From Negaprion brevirostris (Eukaryota), in contig JARDVH010000031.1 of NCBI GenBank assembly GCA_030324005.1, forward strand, positions 10,056,710-10,120,709: 64,000 nt of DNA, read 5' to 3'. Below the pieces are notes generated by a model. It saw nothing but the letters and a program-made list of their open reading frames with translations, ran no database searches and was not told the DNA's origin. Below are positions 37,763 through 50,093 of this stretch, one piece after another. The position numbers were made by a program, and so were the translations under genes. Numbering within the stretch: the stretch's first letter is position 1; the number at the start of each line of letters is the position of its first letter.

Positions 37763-38493
37763 AGTCAATGTCTCTTTATTTAGCAATACACAAGTTCTGC
37801 ACTACCAAATATTTAAGTAGCTTTAAGTGTAGTTACAGTTTTAATGTAAGAAAGTAGTCGGCCAATCTGTGTACAAACAGAAATATGGTGTTGACAAAAT
37901 AACAGGCTAAAAACTTGACAGTGAAGGTTTTTAGCTGCAGGGATTGAGATGCAAGATTACCCTCCGGTCAATGAAGGCAACGCAGACAGCACACAAATGT
38001 TGTCTGCTCATTACCATGTTTATGGTGTGCAGTTGCCGATTGGCTGCTTGCTCAGCAGGAAGCCCAAATGTATAAAAGAGGTTAGCATAAATTCTGGATT
38101 TCTTAAAACCAGCTTGCAACTCTTAAAAGGGAGATGATGCATTCTGACTGCAGCACATGATGGAACTGTCTCCAGAATTTTATTCCAAGAAGGAACACGG
38201 TAAACCAGTGGAGCAGAAGGCCTGTCATTCATATGCTCCACCTCACCCTCACATACTTATCACTACTGCAAACCTCATATTGCAGCTTCCACACACAGGT
38301 ATATCACACAATCATATCATTGTACACTAACTGACGGTGCCCAGCTAGGCCATCTGCAGTCTCAAGAACACGTGAAATAGGAGCAGGAGTAGACCACAAG
38401 AGCACATCATTCAAAATAATCTTCGTGGATCTGGGGTTTCAATTCCATTTTCCTAACCACTCCCCATAATCCCTTAATTCCCTGAAAAACCAA

Positions 38494-39370
38494 GGGTGGA
38501 ATTTTCCCAAAAATTGTCTAAACAATCTTCCTACACTTCACCACTGTTTTGTGAGAGAAACAAGTTTTGTACCAGTTCTGAGAAGGGCAAGGCCTAAACA
38601 CACTGGCGAGTCTGGTTTCACAGAGATCAGGCACTGTTTTTAAAGGGCAGCCTAATCTCAAATTGAAATTGAAGAAACCCCTCCATCACCCTCATGAATA
38701 ATTGGACCCTCCCTTCATTGAAGGCATGTTTCACCAGCCCTCTCCTCAATATAGGCTGCTGTTTTCAAGGCATTGGGACCCTCACCCAATATGTTCACCT
38801 TCATGCCTGCCCCATGTTCCATGTGCTTTGTGTTCCACTCCTTTCATGCCATCTCAAGCTGTATCCTCACATCCCACTCCGCTTCTGGTCCCACCCCCTT
38901 GGCATCGTCACTGGCACATTGGCAATGCCCATCTGGAACGTAGCATGCCAGGGTGCCAGGTAACACTGCCAGATGGACACTGTCCAGCCATGTCCCCGAC
39001 CACCCAGGGGCTTCAATGACCTCCAAGGCACACCACCACCACTCCTCCCCCCACCTCCCGCACTGGCATTGTCATCACATCTGGTCTCCATTTGTGAAGA
39101 ATCACTACTGATTCTCGCTGGATTCCCACTGTGCCCAAAGATCGGAGAAACCGAGGTGCAGGGAGAATCCGGCTTGAAACTGACAAAGCATATTTAAATG
39201 CTTATTTAAATATGCTAATCTGATTCCAGCCCCCACTGGCGGGAACAGGATTACATCTGGGTGTGGTGGCTAGGAGAGTCCCAGTGGGGGCGTTTGTCAG
39301 CGCTAAACATGTTAGGTCTCTGCCCGCTCCGACCCCTCGCCGTCCTAATGTAGAAAGGTAAGGATTTTTG
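38494..39370. mobile_element. Non-autonomous Harbinger-like element
   Basis: gggtggaattttccc left terminus, GC-rich tggca/tgcca-rich interior, gtaaggattt right end. Confidence 0.5.
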
Positions 39371-39419
39371 CAGCAATTGTGATGTAAGGATATTTTCATG
39401 GGAATCAAAGTTTGATTAG

Positions 39420-39900
39420 ACTTCCCTCAACTAGAGGGATGGTGTTCCAGATGCCTCCTCCATTTCTCCTCCCAAAAGCCTCGCCAAAGGCCTAGTGGCA
39501 AGAGTTGCTGTTCTAAAACACCTATTGGCGTTTTAGAACACCAATATTGCTTGTTGCAACATGGCCCTTGCTGTATTCTCAATGCTCATATGTAGTCCGG
39601 TAGTGGAGTAATGAGGCAAGTGTAGAGACAGTAGCCTTTGTTATGAAATAGCTACCGTTGATTCACTGGCTCAAACATGGCTAAAACAGCTGACTGGTGC
39701 AGGATAAAGAACATGGTGGCTGCTGACAAGATGGTGAGAATTCACTAGCATGATGTTCTGTTCATGGTTGCATACTAACTCCAGGGGTGAACCCTTCCGT
39801 TCTTGTATAACTTTTTGAGATGTGACATGTATTTTAAGATGATGCATGTATGCAGTCAATGGTTCCCTTGGAACACTGGAAATCTTGCCACCTGCCCGCT
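39420..39900 (-). mobile_element. Degenerate PIF/Harbinger (HARBI1-like) transposase relic
   Basis: Minus ORF 39671..39859 ERKGSPLELVCNHEQNIMLVNSHHLVSSHH resembles NRKG.HSLNVQLVCDH...I..V.ARFPGS.HD. It is followed by an NKGY (GDKGY-like) motif at ~39630-39645. Confidence 0.6.
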
Positions 39901-41029
39901 CCTCTTATTTCTCTCTGCTCAGAAAAAGACAACAGGGCTCCTCTGCTGGTGTAAAATGCTCAGTGAAATATAAAGATGTTGGCAATGTCATCAGCTCCAG
40001 CCTGGAAGAATCCTGAGGCGCAGAAACCGAGGGCCACTGGCAGTGTTGCCCTCATCCTGCTCTGCAATTGCGGGTCCAGTTGAAAGATATGGCATATTTC
40101 ACTGACCCCAATTTGGTGAATCACTGGGTGAGTTGGTGATATCAGAAGTACTCCCTGAATATCCTATACGGAAAAGGTCTTCTTTTGAGAGCACTCCCCT
40201 TCCCCCCTCTGAACACACCTTCTCCTCTCTACTGCCTTTGCTCCATTGCCACATTGTGCTGCAGCTCATGAGAGCCTGCAACCAAAGCCTTTATGGCTGA
40301 AAGAAGGCTTTCTGCTTCAAACTCAGAATCACAGAATTGGTAAAGCTCAGAAGAAAGCCATTTGGCCCATCATGTCTACATTCCTTGCAAAAGCCCAGCA
40401 GCACTCCCTCTGGCTTCAAGATCACATCATACAGCACTTCCACTAACAGCTGTAAAAGATAGCCGTGTTTCAATCACAGGTTCCAAAACAGTGTTTGAAA
40501 CTGTAAGATGCTGCAATCTACTTACTCTTTCATGATTTCACCACATGCACCTGAACTTGCATTAATGCGCTCCCCACATGAACTTCACAAGAAGTGACCA
40601 ACACTTTGTGGTTCCAGTAATGCTAACAGCATTAAAGAGCCAAATTTTGTGGCCAACATGATTTAATATTGTTGGCTGAGGAATAAATATCAGCTCACAC
40701 AGAGAAGAAATTCCCTGTTCTACTTGAAAACAGTGCCAAAGTCAACTGATAAAGCAGATGGAACCTCGGTTCAACATCTCAACCAAAAGGTACCTCTGAC
40801 AGTGCAGCAACTGGCACCCTCATGTTTGGATTGATGAGTCAACCGAGGTTTTGTGCTCCAGGAGTTTTTTCTTGAATTCATAACTTTCCATTTCAAGAGG
40901 TGAGAGTCACAATCACCATTAATAAGTTGAGAGACCATGCAGGATATCAGATGATTGACAGCTTCAGACTCTTTATAATACCAATCATCTCCTCAGCTGA
41001 TAAAGGGCTTTTAATGGTCTTGGACAGAT

Positions 41030-41365
41030 TCTTTCATACTTTCATGGAATGTGGGTGTCGCAGTTAAGGCCAGCATTCAGCATTTGTTGCCCATCCCTAG
41101 TTGCCTTTGAACTGAGTGACTTTCTGGGCCAGTTGAGAATCAACCACTTTGTTGGAGTCACATACTGGGCAGGCCAGGTCAGAATCGTAACCAGATGGTT
41201 CTTTTTTTAAACAACAATCAATAGTTTCATGGTCAATATCACTGAGATTACCTTTATAATCCCAGATTTATGACTGAATTCTAGTTTCATCAGCTGCCGT
41301 GGTGGGATTTGAACCCTCATTAGCCTTGGCCTTAATGACATTGTCATCATGTCAATGTCTCCCCT
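41030..41365 (-). mobile_element. DeuSINE/SacSINE-like element
   Basis: Reverse complement of the 48205-48740 element (catttgttgcccatccctagttgc, ggtgggatttgaaccc). Confidence 0.6.
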
Positions 41366-43339
41366 AATTCTCCACTTTTTAGTTGTTTCTCCAAATACTT
41401 GAATATTACATCAACACTTTCACTGACTAAACCTTACATTAATGCCATCAACTGAAATTAGATCATACCATTCACTTAATATAGCTCAGGCAGAACTCAC
41501 ATTCACAAAAAGTATACCCGAGAGGCCCATATTTCTTTGAAAAACCAAATACAAGATTATAAATTTTAAAATTCCTGAACCTGAAAAAAGTTTCAGCCAG
41601 TTTTAAAACATGGCTGCTAGTTTCCTGCAACTCAATAAACATAGGGTGAAATTTCCATTTTTTCCAAAAAAATAAGCACAACGCATTTTTAAAAGAAATT
41701 AATGAACTGCTAAAATAATCACATAAATAACACATTATCCAAAAGGAAATTTTAATCTCCAGTGGTCAACATACCAATATTGCTGCATATATCATTTTAT
41801 TACATTAAAGGCATTATTTAAATTCAAATTATTATTACTTGAATATGAAAGTGCCAACTCAAGAATCTAAAAATGCGTTTTGTTGCCTTGACAAAACTTA
41901 ATTCAAAACATTCTCTCATTGTAAGTTGCAATTTATTTATTCTATAACTAGGCAGTTGAAATTGCTCTGAAATATGAATACTGGATTTGGCAGTCATGAA
42001 TTCAGTGAATGAAGCATCATCATGCTCCACATGAAAATGCTTTACAATAGTATTTTTGCAGAATGAAAGGCTCAAGACCCAGTTATAAATGTACATAATT
42101 AAAATGGTCACACTATACATGTGTGCGTCACTTTCATACATATTTTGTATGTACCATCATTCCAATTATCAGGAAACTGTTCAGCTAACTATGGCGATTT
42201 GCTTAAATATGATTTTTGTTCGGCAGATAGAAAAAAACTACCACAAAGGAGGAAGAACCAGCAACCCATGCAAAACCAATCAATTTAATCAGTCTTTCTT
42301 TACAAAGAACCAGTAACTACAACAAAAAAAAAGCAATTAAACCACTCAAATAAATTTTCTGACTTCCCGGAGCAATCTTATATCTAAAAAAATCGTAAAA
42401 TAACACATTAAAAAGACTGAATCCTCCCTATGTCATATTGCAGATTTGTCCATAAAGCCTTATTTCAGGGGCCTAGGGCACCAAGATCCCTGCCCTGCAC
42501 TAGCTAAAAGGTCGCTGGGGCACCCACCAATAGGAATAACAGCTGCCCCACTGTCATTTAACAGCTAATTGATCATTAATAGGCCATAAGCCCTGCCTCA
42601 GAGTGCTCCTAGTCAATCAGATGGCCAGCACTTTGTGCTCCCAACAGTGTCAGATGGAAGTGACGGCCACTGCCGGGATTACAAGCAGTTCCCAAAGGAA
42701 ATCATCACTGATAAATATTGGGGGGGGCGGGGAGAGGAGATTTTTACTGGAAGTCTCAGTGAGGGAGGTCAAGGGGTGTTGCAAGTCAGGGGAGGGTAAA
42801 AACGGAAGTCTGACCTGGGGGGGGGTGCGCGGTGGTAGTTACCTGGGAACTGGAAAAGGATAATACCCTTCTTTTCCTGATACCAAACCACACGATTAAA
42901 GCTGCTGCGTTAAAAGTTTGACGTGGGCCTCTCTGGCTAGTGGTCGCAGCAGGATGAGGCTTTTAAGGGTCTCAATAGGCCTAAGGGTGGGCCGGCTGCC
43001 AAGATGCCTCCGCCACTTCCCATAACATTTCATACAGACCTGGGGCAAGGCCATATGCTGGATTTTATAAGGTCACAGTCCCCCGCCTTCAAACCAGGCA
43101 GTAGAGGAGCATTATATCCAGCATGTAATCATTTTAGGAGCCTGTGCACTATTTCTGGAGCTTGATTTTTTCATTGGGTTTTCGGGCTTAGGCTTAAGCC
43201 TCTTTGCATGTCAGCACTCAAGTAAACCATTTGAGTTTCTCATAGTTTTTCTACCATATTCCAGTCTTCAGTGCTTCCTGAATCACACCATTTTTGTTGT
43301 ACCTAGTTTTAATCTGAGAGCATAATTTCTCCCTCCATG

Positions 43340-44810
43340 GAAATCCCGCAATCCATATTGCATGTGTTGGTTCTTACTTGTTTGTGATTGTTTTTTGTCA
43401 TCTGCCCACTTGAGCTTGTCATCTCCTGTGGCCTCACTACCCCTATCATATCAACTTATCTGTCTAAAACTATCTCTGACTATGCCTTTGTCTTACTCTC
43501 ATCCCACCTCTCCTATGCCCTTCCTTCTGTGTCCACCCCTGGAAAAAAACTATCCCCCAATTCCTTACAATGGAACTTTCAAAATCCCAAATATTTAGCC
43601 TTTATCCACTAACCACCACATTTCTGCAATTAATGATTTGCTTAACCACATCATCACCTCCAACTTAGTCCACACTAAAACCATTAATATCTCTCACCAT
43701 ATTTCTTTTTCCTGGGATGGCCCTCATGTCTGCTCCCTTAAGTTTAAGGAATGCAGACTTGAATGGAAATGATGGACAACTGGTTTAGCCATTCCAACTG
43801 GATGAGGCTGTACCTGCATTTCCCCAATTCTATTCTTATTATCTGACTAGCCAAAGAATAATCTGCAATAATTTCCCTTCTTTATCCACACAACTGCTTC
43901 TGGTGATCCCCAAAATTCAATCCTTGAATCATTCCTATTTTTCATTTACATGTTGCCCCTTAGCAACACAATCTGAATGTCAGTTCTCACATGTACACTG
44001 ACGGCACCCAACTCTATATCACCACCATGTCTCTTAATTCATCTGAAATATCTGACTGCTTGTCCATGTACTGAATAAGCAAACTTTCCCTCAATTAAAT
44101 ATTGCAAAGTCAAAAGCCAGTGTCTTCAGTCCCTGCCACAAACTCCATTTCCAGCCTCCATCAGTCTCCCTGGCAACTGAACCAGACCGAGTCAAACTTC
44201 TAACAACATATTTATGCCACCAATAAGCCTACTTACTTTCAACTTTGTATACCTGCTGACAGCACACTTCATGTTATCCTCATGTTACGTTTAGACTTGA
44301 CTTTTCTAATACACACCTGGCTGATCCTCCCAGAACTTTTCCTTCAAAAAAACTTCAGGTCATTCACAACTCTGTAACCCATGGCTCACCAACTTTCATC
44401 CATTTATCAGTCCTGTGCTTGTTGACCTACACTGGCTCCTAGCCAACTATCAAGACCTCAATTTGAATACCCTCATCCTTGTTTTCAAATCCCTACATGG
44501 TCTCACCCTTCTCAATGCTTGCAATTTGCTCCTATCCTTCTCCCCCAACCCTTTGAGATATCTGTACTCCTCTAATTCTGGTCTCTTAAATACCCTTGAT
44601 TTTAATCACTCCTCCACTGGTGACTGTGCCTTCAACTATCAAGTCCCTAAGCTGTATAATTCCCTGCTTAAACCTCTCTACTCTGTACCTCCCTTTCTGC
44701 TTCAAGATGTATCTCATATGTACGTTTGTAGTTTCATGTCATAGTTTGCTTTTTAATGCTCCAGTGAAGTGCCTTGGGACATTTTCACGCATTAAAGAAA
44801 TTTAATTTGT
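43340..44810 (+). mobile_element. L2-clade LINE, decayed RT to 3' end
   Basis: YTDGTQLY (YADDTQLY-like) at ~43993; LHWLLA...ILVFKSLHGL; tail gtgaagtgccttgggacatttt. Confidence 0.82.
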
Positions 44811-46769
44811 TATTGTTGTAGTTATTCTTGACTGTCACTGCCAGGCCTAGCCTGACAAGAGTCTGACCCAAACACTCTGCTCCTTTTTCCTATTAGCAAG
44901 GTTGCCATTTCGTCCAAATGGACACCTGTCTTCCATGCTCAAAAATTTATCTTGTTTAGTACACACTATCATGGGAGATCCACTTGTATACATCAGGCCA
45001 GATTTTTGAATCAAAATATAGAAGTGGGTGGATGTGCATATTCATGCCACGCACCAATTTGCTGGAACAATCTTGTCCCCAGGCGATTTTTCCAAAGGAT
45101 GGATTAGGGGTCAGAAAAGTTGCCAGCCCAGAAATGGCATGTAGCTATTTAAGAGGACTACCTTAAATAGTTTATTGTCAGAGGCTGACTAGAACATTTC
45201 AGCAGGCTTGCGGGTCCCCAAAACATCGGTAGCTATACCATTAAATAGAGTTGGCCTCCCAGTAGCAAATAAGTAAACAAGTTCTCCAGTCAGGCTTTGA
45301 AGCAATCCCTGCCTGTCTGGATACACTTGCAACTGCAGACCTCCCTATGAAGATGCTCCCTCCACAAAGGCGGCCTGGTTGCTGAGGACATTTTAAAAAT
45401 TTAAAACTTATATAAGATGTAGAAAGGACACCTCAAGATGAAGGTGCCATCTCTCTTCCTTGAACTGCTGACTGCTACTCCAACTTAGCTAGGAAGGTCT
45501 TCTATTAGCCTTTCAGTTTTGAGAATCAGCCCACCATCCTTAACTGGGCAGCAATCCTTGGACGGTGAGCCCACCCTCTAACAACTAATTGATCAATTTG
45601 GGGAAAATTGATCACTGCGGGTGACTGTGGAGTCATCGCACCCACTTGGCCCTGATGTTGGGCTCTGCTCATTATTATTTCAGGCTAGGTCAGACTGTCA
45701 AAGAAATTGTTGAAGGCATCCCAAAGCTTTCTTGAAAACAAACCTCCCAAAAATTGACTACTTTTAAAGTGGGTTGAAATATTTATTAACTAAATACTTT
45801 TTCTTAACTCTAGAGCATGGACTATGACTTATCAGCAGCAACAGACGACGAGCCAGTTTTAGGTTTGTGCCTCTGACTTTGAAATTTTACAAGGGTCAGA
45901 TCCGTTTTGATATAAAATACTCTCATTGTTACTTGACTGCTGCTTTGAGTTAGAAAATGAAGTAATTTTGTTCTAATATAAAGTAACTTCAATAATATTC
46001 AAAAGCCCATATTTGGAGGGATATCAACTGAATTCAAAGCGCAATATTTAAATAATATTTTGCCATTTATCAGTAGTCAAGCATTAAGTTATCATTACAG
46101 TTATATATTCTAAATGAATTACACAGAGTCTATAAAATTCTGCAAAGTCATGAAATTCTTCAATGTTTCCTACAGAAAAGGTAAAGCGCTGTAAAATTAT
46201 TTATGGTTCGCATCAGGTCATTCTGACTTAAAGGGATCCCTACATCATGACTTTGGTGATAACATCCGAAATAATAGCAGTGCACATGTGACAATTATCA
46301 GAAGATGAAAAATCCAATAAAGAATATTGGAAAGAAGTGTTCTTGTCCTAATAGGAAAAAATATACACGAATACTAACTTGATTTCTCAGTTAAATGAAA
46401 TATAAGCTCAAATATATTGCAGCAACACATGCCAAATTGCAAAATAATGTCAGTAGGTGTTTACTCTACCAAGCATAATCTGGATCATGTATTCCACCTG
46501 GGACCTAATCAGCATTGCTGTAGGCAAGTAGAGAAACTCTGCCACACACACAGAGAATCTGGAACAATCCTAGATTGCTCTACAGTTGCTTATGGCTGAG
46601 ATGCTTAATGGAAGGCAGCAGTTGTAGTCTTAGCAATGCTAAATTGAAGTAGAATTAACAATTAGTTATTTCTAGAATACAAATGGAATACATTTATTAC
46701 TAAACATTATTATACATTATTATTAAATAAAACCATTGAGGGAGATGGTGGTACATCATCTTGTGGCCT

Positions 46770-47480
46770 TTAATGTAATGGATTGGAGTATAAGAATAAA
46801 TAATTCTTACGACAGTTGAACAAGATTTTGATGAGACCGCATCTGGAGTACTGTGTGCAGTTTNNNNNNNNNNNNNNNNNNNNNNNNNNNNNNNNNNNNN
46901 NNNNNNNNNNNNNNNNNNNNNNNNNNNNNNNNNNNNNNNNNNNNNNNNNNNNNNNNNNNNNNNTGAAGAAAGGATATACTTGCAATGGAGACGTACACTG
47001 GAGGTTCATTAAATTGATCTCTGGGATGTGAAGGTTGCCCCAGATGAGAGGCTGAATAAACTGGGCTTATATTCTCTGGGGTTTTGAAGAATAAGAAGAT
47101 ATCTCATTGCAAAATATAAAATTCTGAAAGAGCTTGATAGGGTGGACACAGAGCGATCATTTCCATTGGTCGGGGAATCGAAAACACAGGAGCACAGTCT
47201 GAGGATAAAGGATCAATCATTTAGGACAGAGGTGGGAGAAATTTCTTCACTCAAAGGGTTGTGAATCATTGAAATTCTCTACTCCCTAGGGCTATGGGTG
47301 CTCTATTGTTGAATCCATTTAGAAAGATTTTTACTGTTTAGAAATAATAGATATGGGGAACTGGCAGGAAAATTGGATTGAAGCCTAAAGTTAGCTATGA
47401 TTATATTGAATGGCAGAGCTGGCTTAGTGGGCTATATGCTCTAGTCTTGCTTCCATTTCTCATGCTTTTATGTTCTTGTT
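46770..47480 (+). mobile_element. CR1 LINE 3' end
   Basis: RPHLEYCVQF; ctgggcttatattctctg; tail ttgaatggcagagc. Confidence 0.85.
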
Positions 47481-47654
47481 GCAAAAGAACCATCCTTATT
47501 ACTGTACACCAAAAAGAAAGAATCTTATTGATGAACTTTGATATAAATTTAAATTAAAAACACATGGTTAAATAGAAATGTTTCGAAAAATTTAAATGCC
47601 GTTGTACTAAGCTGCCAAGAGTTCCATTCATAAACTGTACTACGATAATTATAT

Positions 47655-48066
47655 AAAATAGAAAATGATCTTTTAAATAGATTTTCAGTTAATGAGGGCT
47701 GTTTTTTTAAAAAAATCATTGTTTCCATCTTCATAATGGACAGAAAACCAAATAGATAAAACAACGAGGCCAAGTTATATATTCTAAAAGGCAAGAAGGG
47801 TTTGGAACGGCAGAAAACATGAGTTAAAATTAGGAGGGAATGGGGGAAAAATGAAAAAATAGAAAATGATCTTTTAAATAGATTTTCAGTCAATGAGGAC
47901 TGTCTTTTTTAAAAAAAATCATTGTTTCCATCTTCATAATGGACAGAAAACCAAATAGATAAAACAACAAGGCCCAAGTTATATCTTCTAAAAAGCAAGA
48001 AGGGTTTGGAACGGCAGAAAACATGAGTTAAAATTAGGAGGGAATGGGGGAAAAAATGAAAAAAAT
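47655..48066 (+). repeat. Tandem duplication, ~201-bp period, 2 copies
   Basis: aaaatagaaaatgatcttttaaatagattttcag at 47655 and 47856; the copies differ mainly by homopolymer indels. Confidence 0.92.
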
Positions 48067-48204
48067 CAAAGCATTCACTCATTTTTCTATGTCAAAATTG
48101 AGTTTTTAACATTTATAGGGCAATTTTAACCTAAGCTGCCTGTTTAGAAACTGGCAGTATTAGGTGCAAGTTTATACCCCATTCGATTTCCCACTTTGTT
48201 GAAC

Positions 48205-48740
48205 TGAGGAGGTGATGGCCTAGTGGTATTATCACTAGACTATTAATCTAGAAATTCAGCTAATGTTCTGAAATCCTGCCACAGCGGCTGGTGGAATCCA
48301 ATGGTGGAATCTGAATTCAATAAAAAAATCTGGAATTAAGAATCCACTGATGACCATGAAACCATTATCAATTGTTGGAAAAACTCATCTTTAGGGAAGG
48401 AATCTGCTGTCCCTACCTGGTGTGGCCTATATNNNNNNNNNNNNNNNNNNNNNNNNNNNNNNNNNNNNNNNNNNNNNNNNNNNNNNNNNNNNNNNNNNNN
48501 NNNNNNNNNNNNNNNNNNNNNNNNNNNNNNNNCACTGATGACCATGAAACCATTATCAATTGTTGGAAAAACTCATCTTTAGGGAAGGAAATCTGCTGTC
48601 CCTACCTGGTGTGGCCTATATGTAACTCCAGAGCCACAGCAATGTGGTTGACTCTCAACTGCCCTCGGACAACTAAGGATGGGTAATAAATGCTGGCCGG
48701 CCTGTGATGCACATGTTCCACAAATTAATTTTTAAAAAAT
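48205..48740 (+). mobile_element. DeuSINE/SacSINE-like element (with a gap-flanking duplication)
   Basis: tggcctagtggtattatcactagac head; ccacagcaatgtggttgactctcaactgccc core; ggatgggtaataaatgctggcc tail. Confidence 0.72.
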
Positions 48741-49581
48741 CGATTTCCGGATGGCAAATGTGGCTAAGATGAACCCCTTAATAGTTCAGAGCTAATATTA
48801 CAATAATAAAGTTATTTGTTATATTTAATTTTATTACTGCAATATTTTTATTGCAATCTTTCAGTGTGTGTATTATAAAACAAACAAATCCAGCCAGCTC
48901 ATGGAGGCAGGAATTACCGAGTCTGCCAGCAATCCAAAGGTTGTGTATAACTGCCCACAGAAATTTCCACTACTAAACACAACATACTATTTCCTCCTAT
49001 TAGAGCAAACTGCCCACCCCTCACGATTCCGATATTAACATTACACCATTTTTTTAAAAAAGTCATTGCAAACAAAATAAATTCACAAAGATTTCTTAAA
49101 ATGAAAAGGACTACTGAAAAACTTATTGATTCTTACTTCAGAACTGCTATAGAAAACTCAAGTAATAGAAGACATGCACCTTCAGTGTGCGATGCATCAA
49201 ACAGGACCATGCCTAAAAACAAGGTTCTGCACTGTTAAGATACAGGAAATGTCAAACACAACTAATAGAGAAAGAAAAACTAGAAATGGTTAGAATACTT
49301 TACGTTCACTTTGGGGGATTTTGCAGGAAATTTTTACATTGATAATGATACTGTCTTAAAAATTAGTTCTTTTTGCAGACTGCTTTACTCTCTTTTTATT
49401 AATCGAAAGCAAATTGAATAATCCAGTTAAAATGGTTGCACCATACTTCACAATATGTATAACTGTCTGTTGTATATAGATCATTGGACAATATATTTGC
49501 TTATCTAATCAGGGAAACACTAGGGGTTTCCATTCCTGACAAAATCAAAACTTTGGCTAGAGACCTATGATGACCAATGGT

Positions 49582-49750
49582 AGAACATAAGAACACAAGA
49601 ACTAGGGGCAGGAGTAGGCTATCCGGCCCCTCAAGTCTGCTCCGACATTCAATAAGATCACGGCTGATCTTTTCATGGACTCAGCTCCACTTACCCGCCC
49701 GCTCACCATAACCCTTAATTCCTTTACTGTTCAAAAATTTATCTAGCCTT
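49582..49750 (-). mobile_element. CR1 3' tail about 55 nt into the intron after the ZF2-3 exon
   Basis: agaacataagaacacaagaactaggggcaggagtaggc...ctcagctccacttacccgcccgctcacc. Confidence 0.82.
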
Positions 49751-49805
49751 TTACTGTAGGTGGAGAGGCACTTGCTCATATACAGTAGACAACATCTAAA
49801 CTTAC

Positions 49806-49973
49806 CAGAATGTGTCCTGAGGTGCCCAGTCAGTGCATCTCGTCGCCTGCAGGCATAGCTGCAGAAAGGGCATTTGAAAGGTTTCTCTCCTGTATGCAAC
49901 TTGATATGCCTCAGTAGGTTTCCTTTTTGGGTAAATGAAGCACCGCACTGGTTGCAGTGGAAAGGACGTTCAC
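49806..49973 (-). CDS. IKZF2: Helios internal coding exon encoding ZF2 and ZF3 (168 nt, phase 1-1)
   Basis: Translation is [56 protein letters not shown]. Acceptor is gttacag|GT (AG 49975-49974) and donor is TCTG|gtaagt (49805-49800). It joins the ZF1 exon in frame. FHCNQC indicates the IKZF2/4 clade, and CPFCSY favours IKZF2 over IKZF4 (CPFCNY). Confidence 0.95.
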
Positions 49974-50093
49974 CTGTAACACATAAAACCAGGATAGCAC
50001 ACCTGCGATCAAAAGCAGAGTTCAAAGGGACCAGGTGCTGAAAATATTACCAAGACAGACACTGTTTCCATGGTAGCAGCTTCCAAGTCTTAC

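Larger units (their letters stand above)
1..49805 (-). other. IKZF2: Large intron downstream of the ZF2-3 exon (ZF4 exon not found in window)
   Basis: Starts at donor 49805. A manual scan found no GKP(H/Y)KCNYCGR-type coding sequence, though it could lie in an N-gap. Confidence 0.65.

Noticed and set aside
48345-48621. ~88-bp direct repeat
   Set aside because: It flanks a 100-N gap within a SINE; assembly artefact.
49681-50025. 114-aa ORF as a standalone zinc-finger gene
   Set aside because: Only 49806-49973 is exon; the flanks are intron and CR1 sequence.
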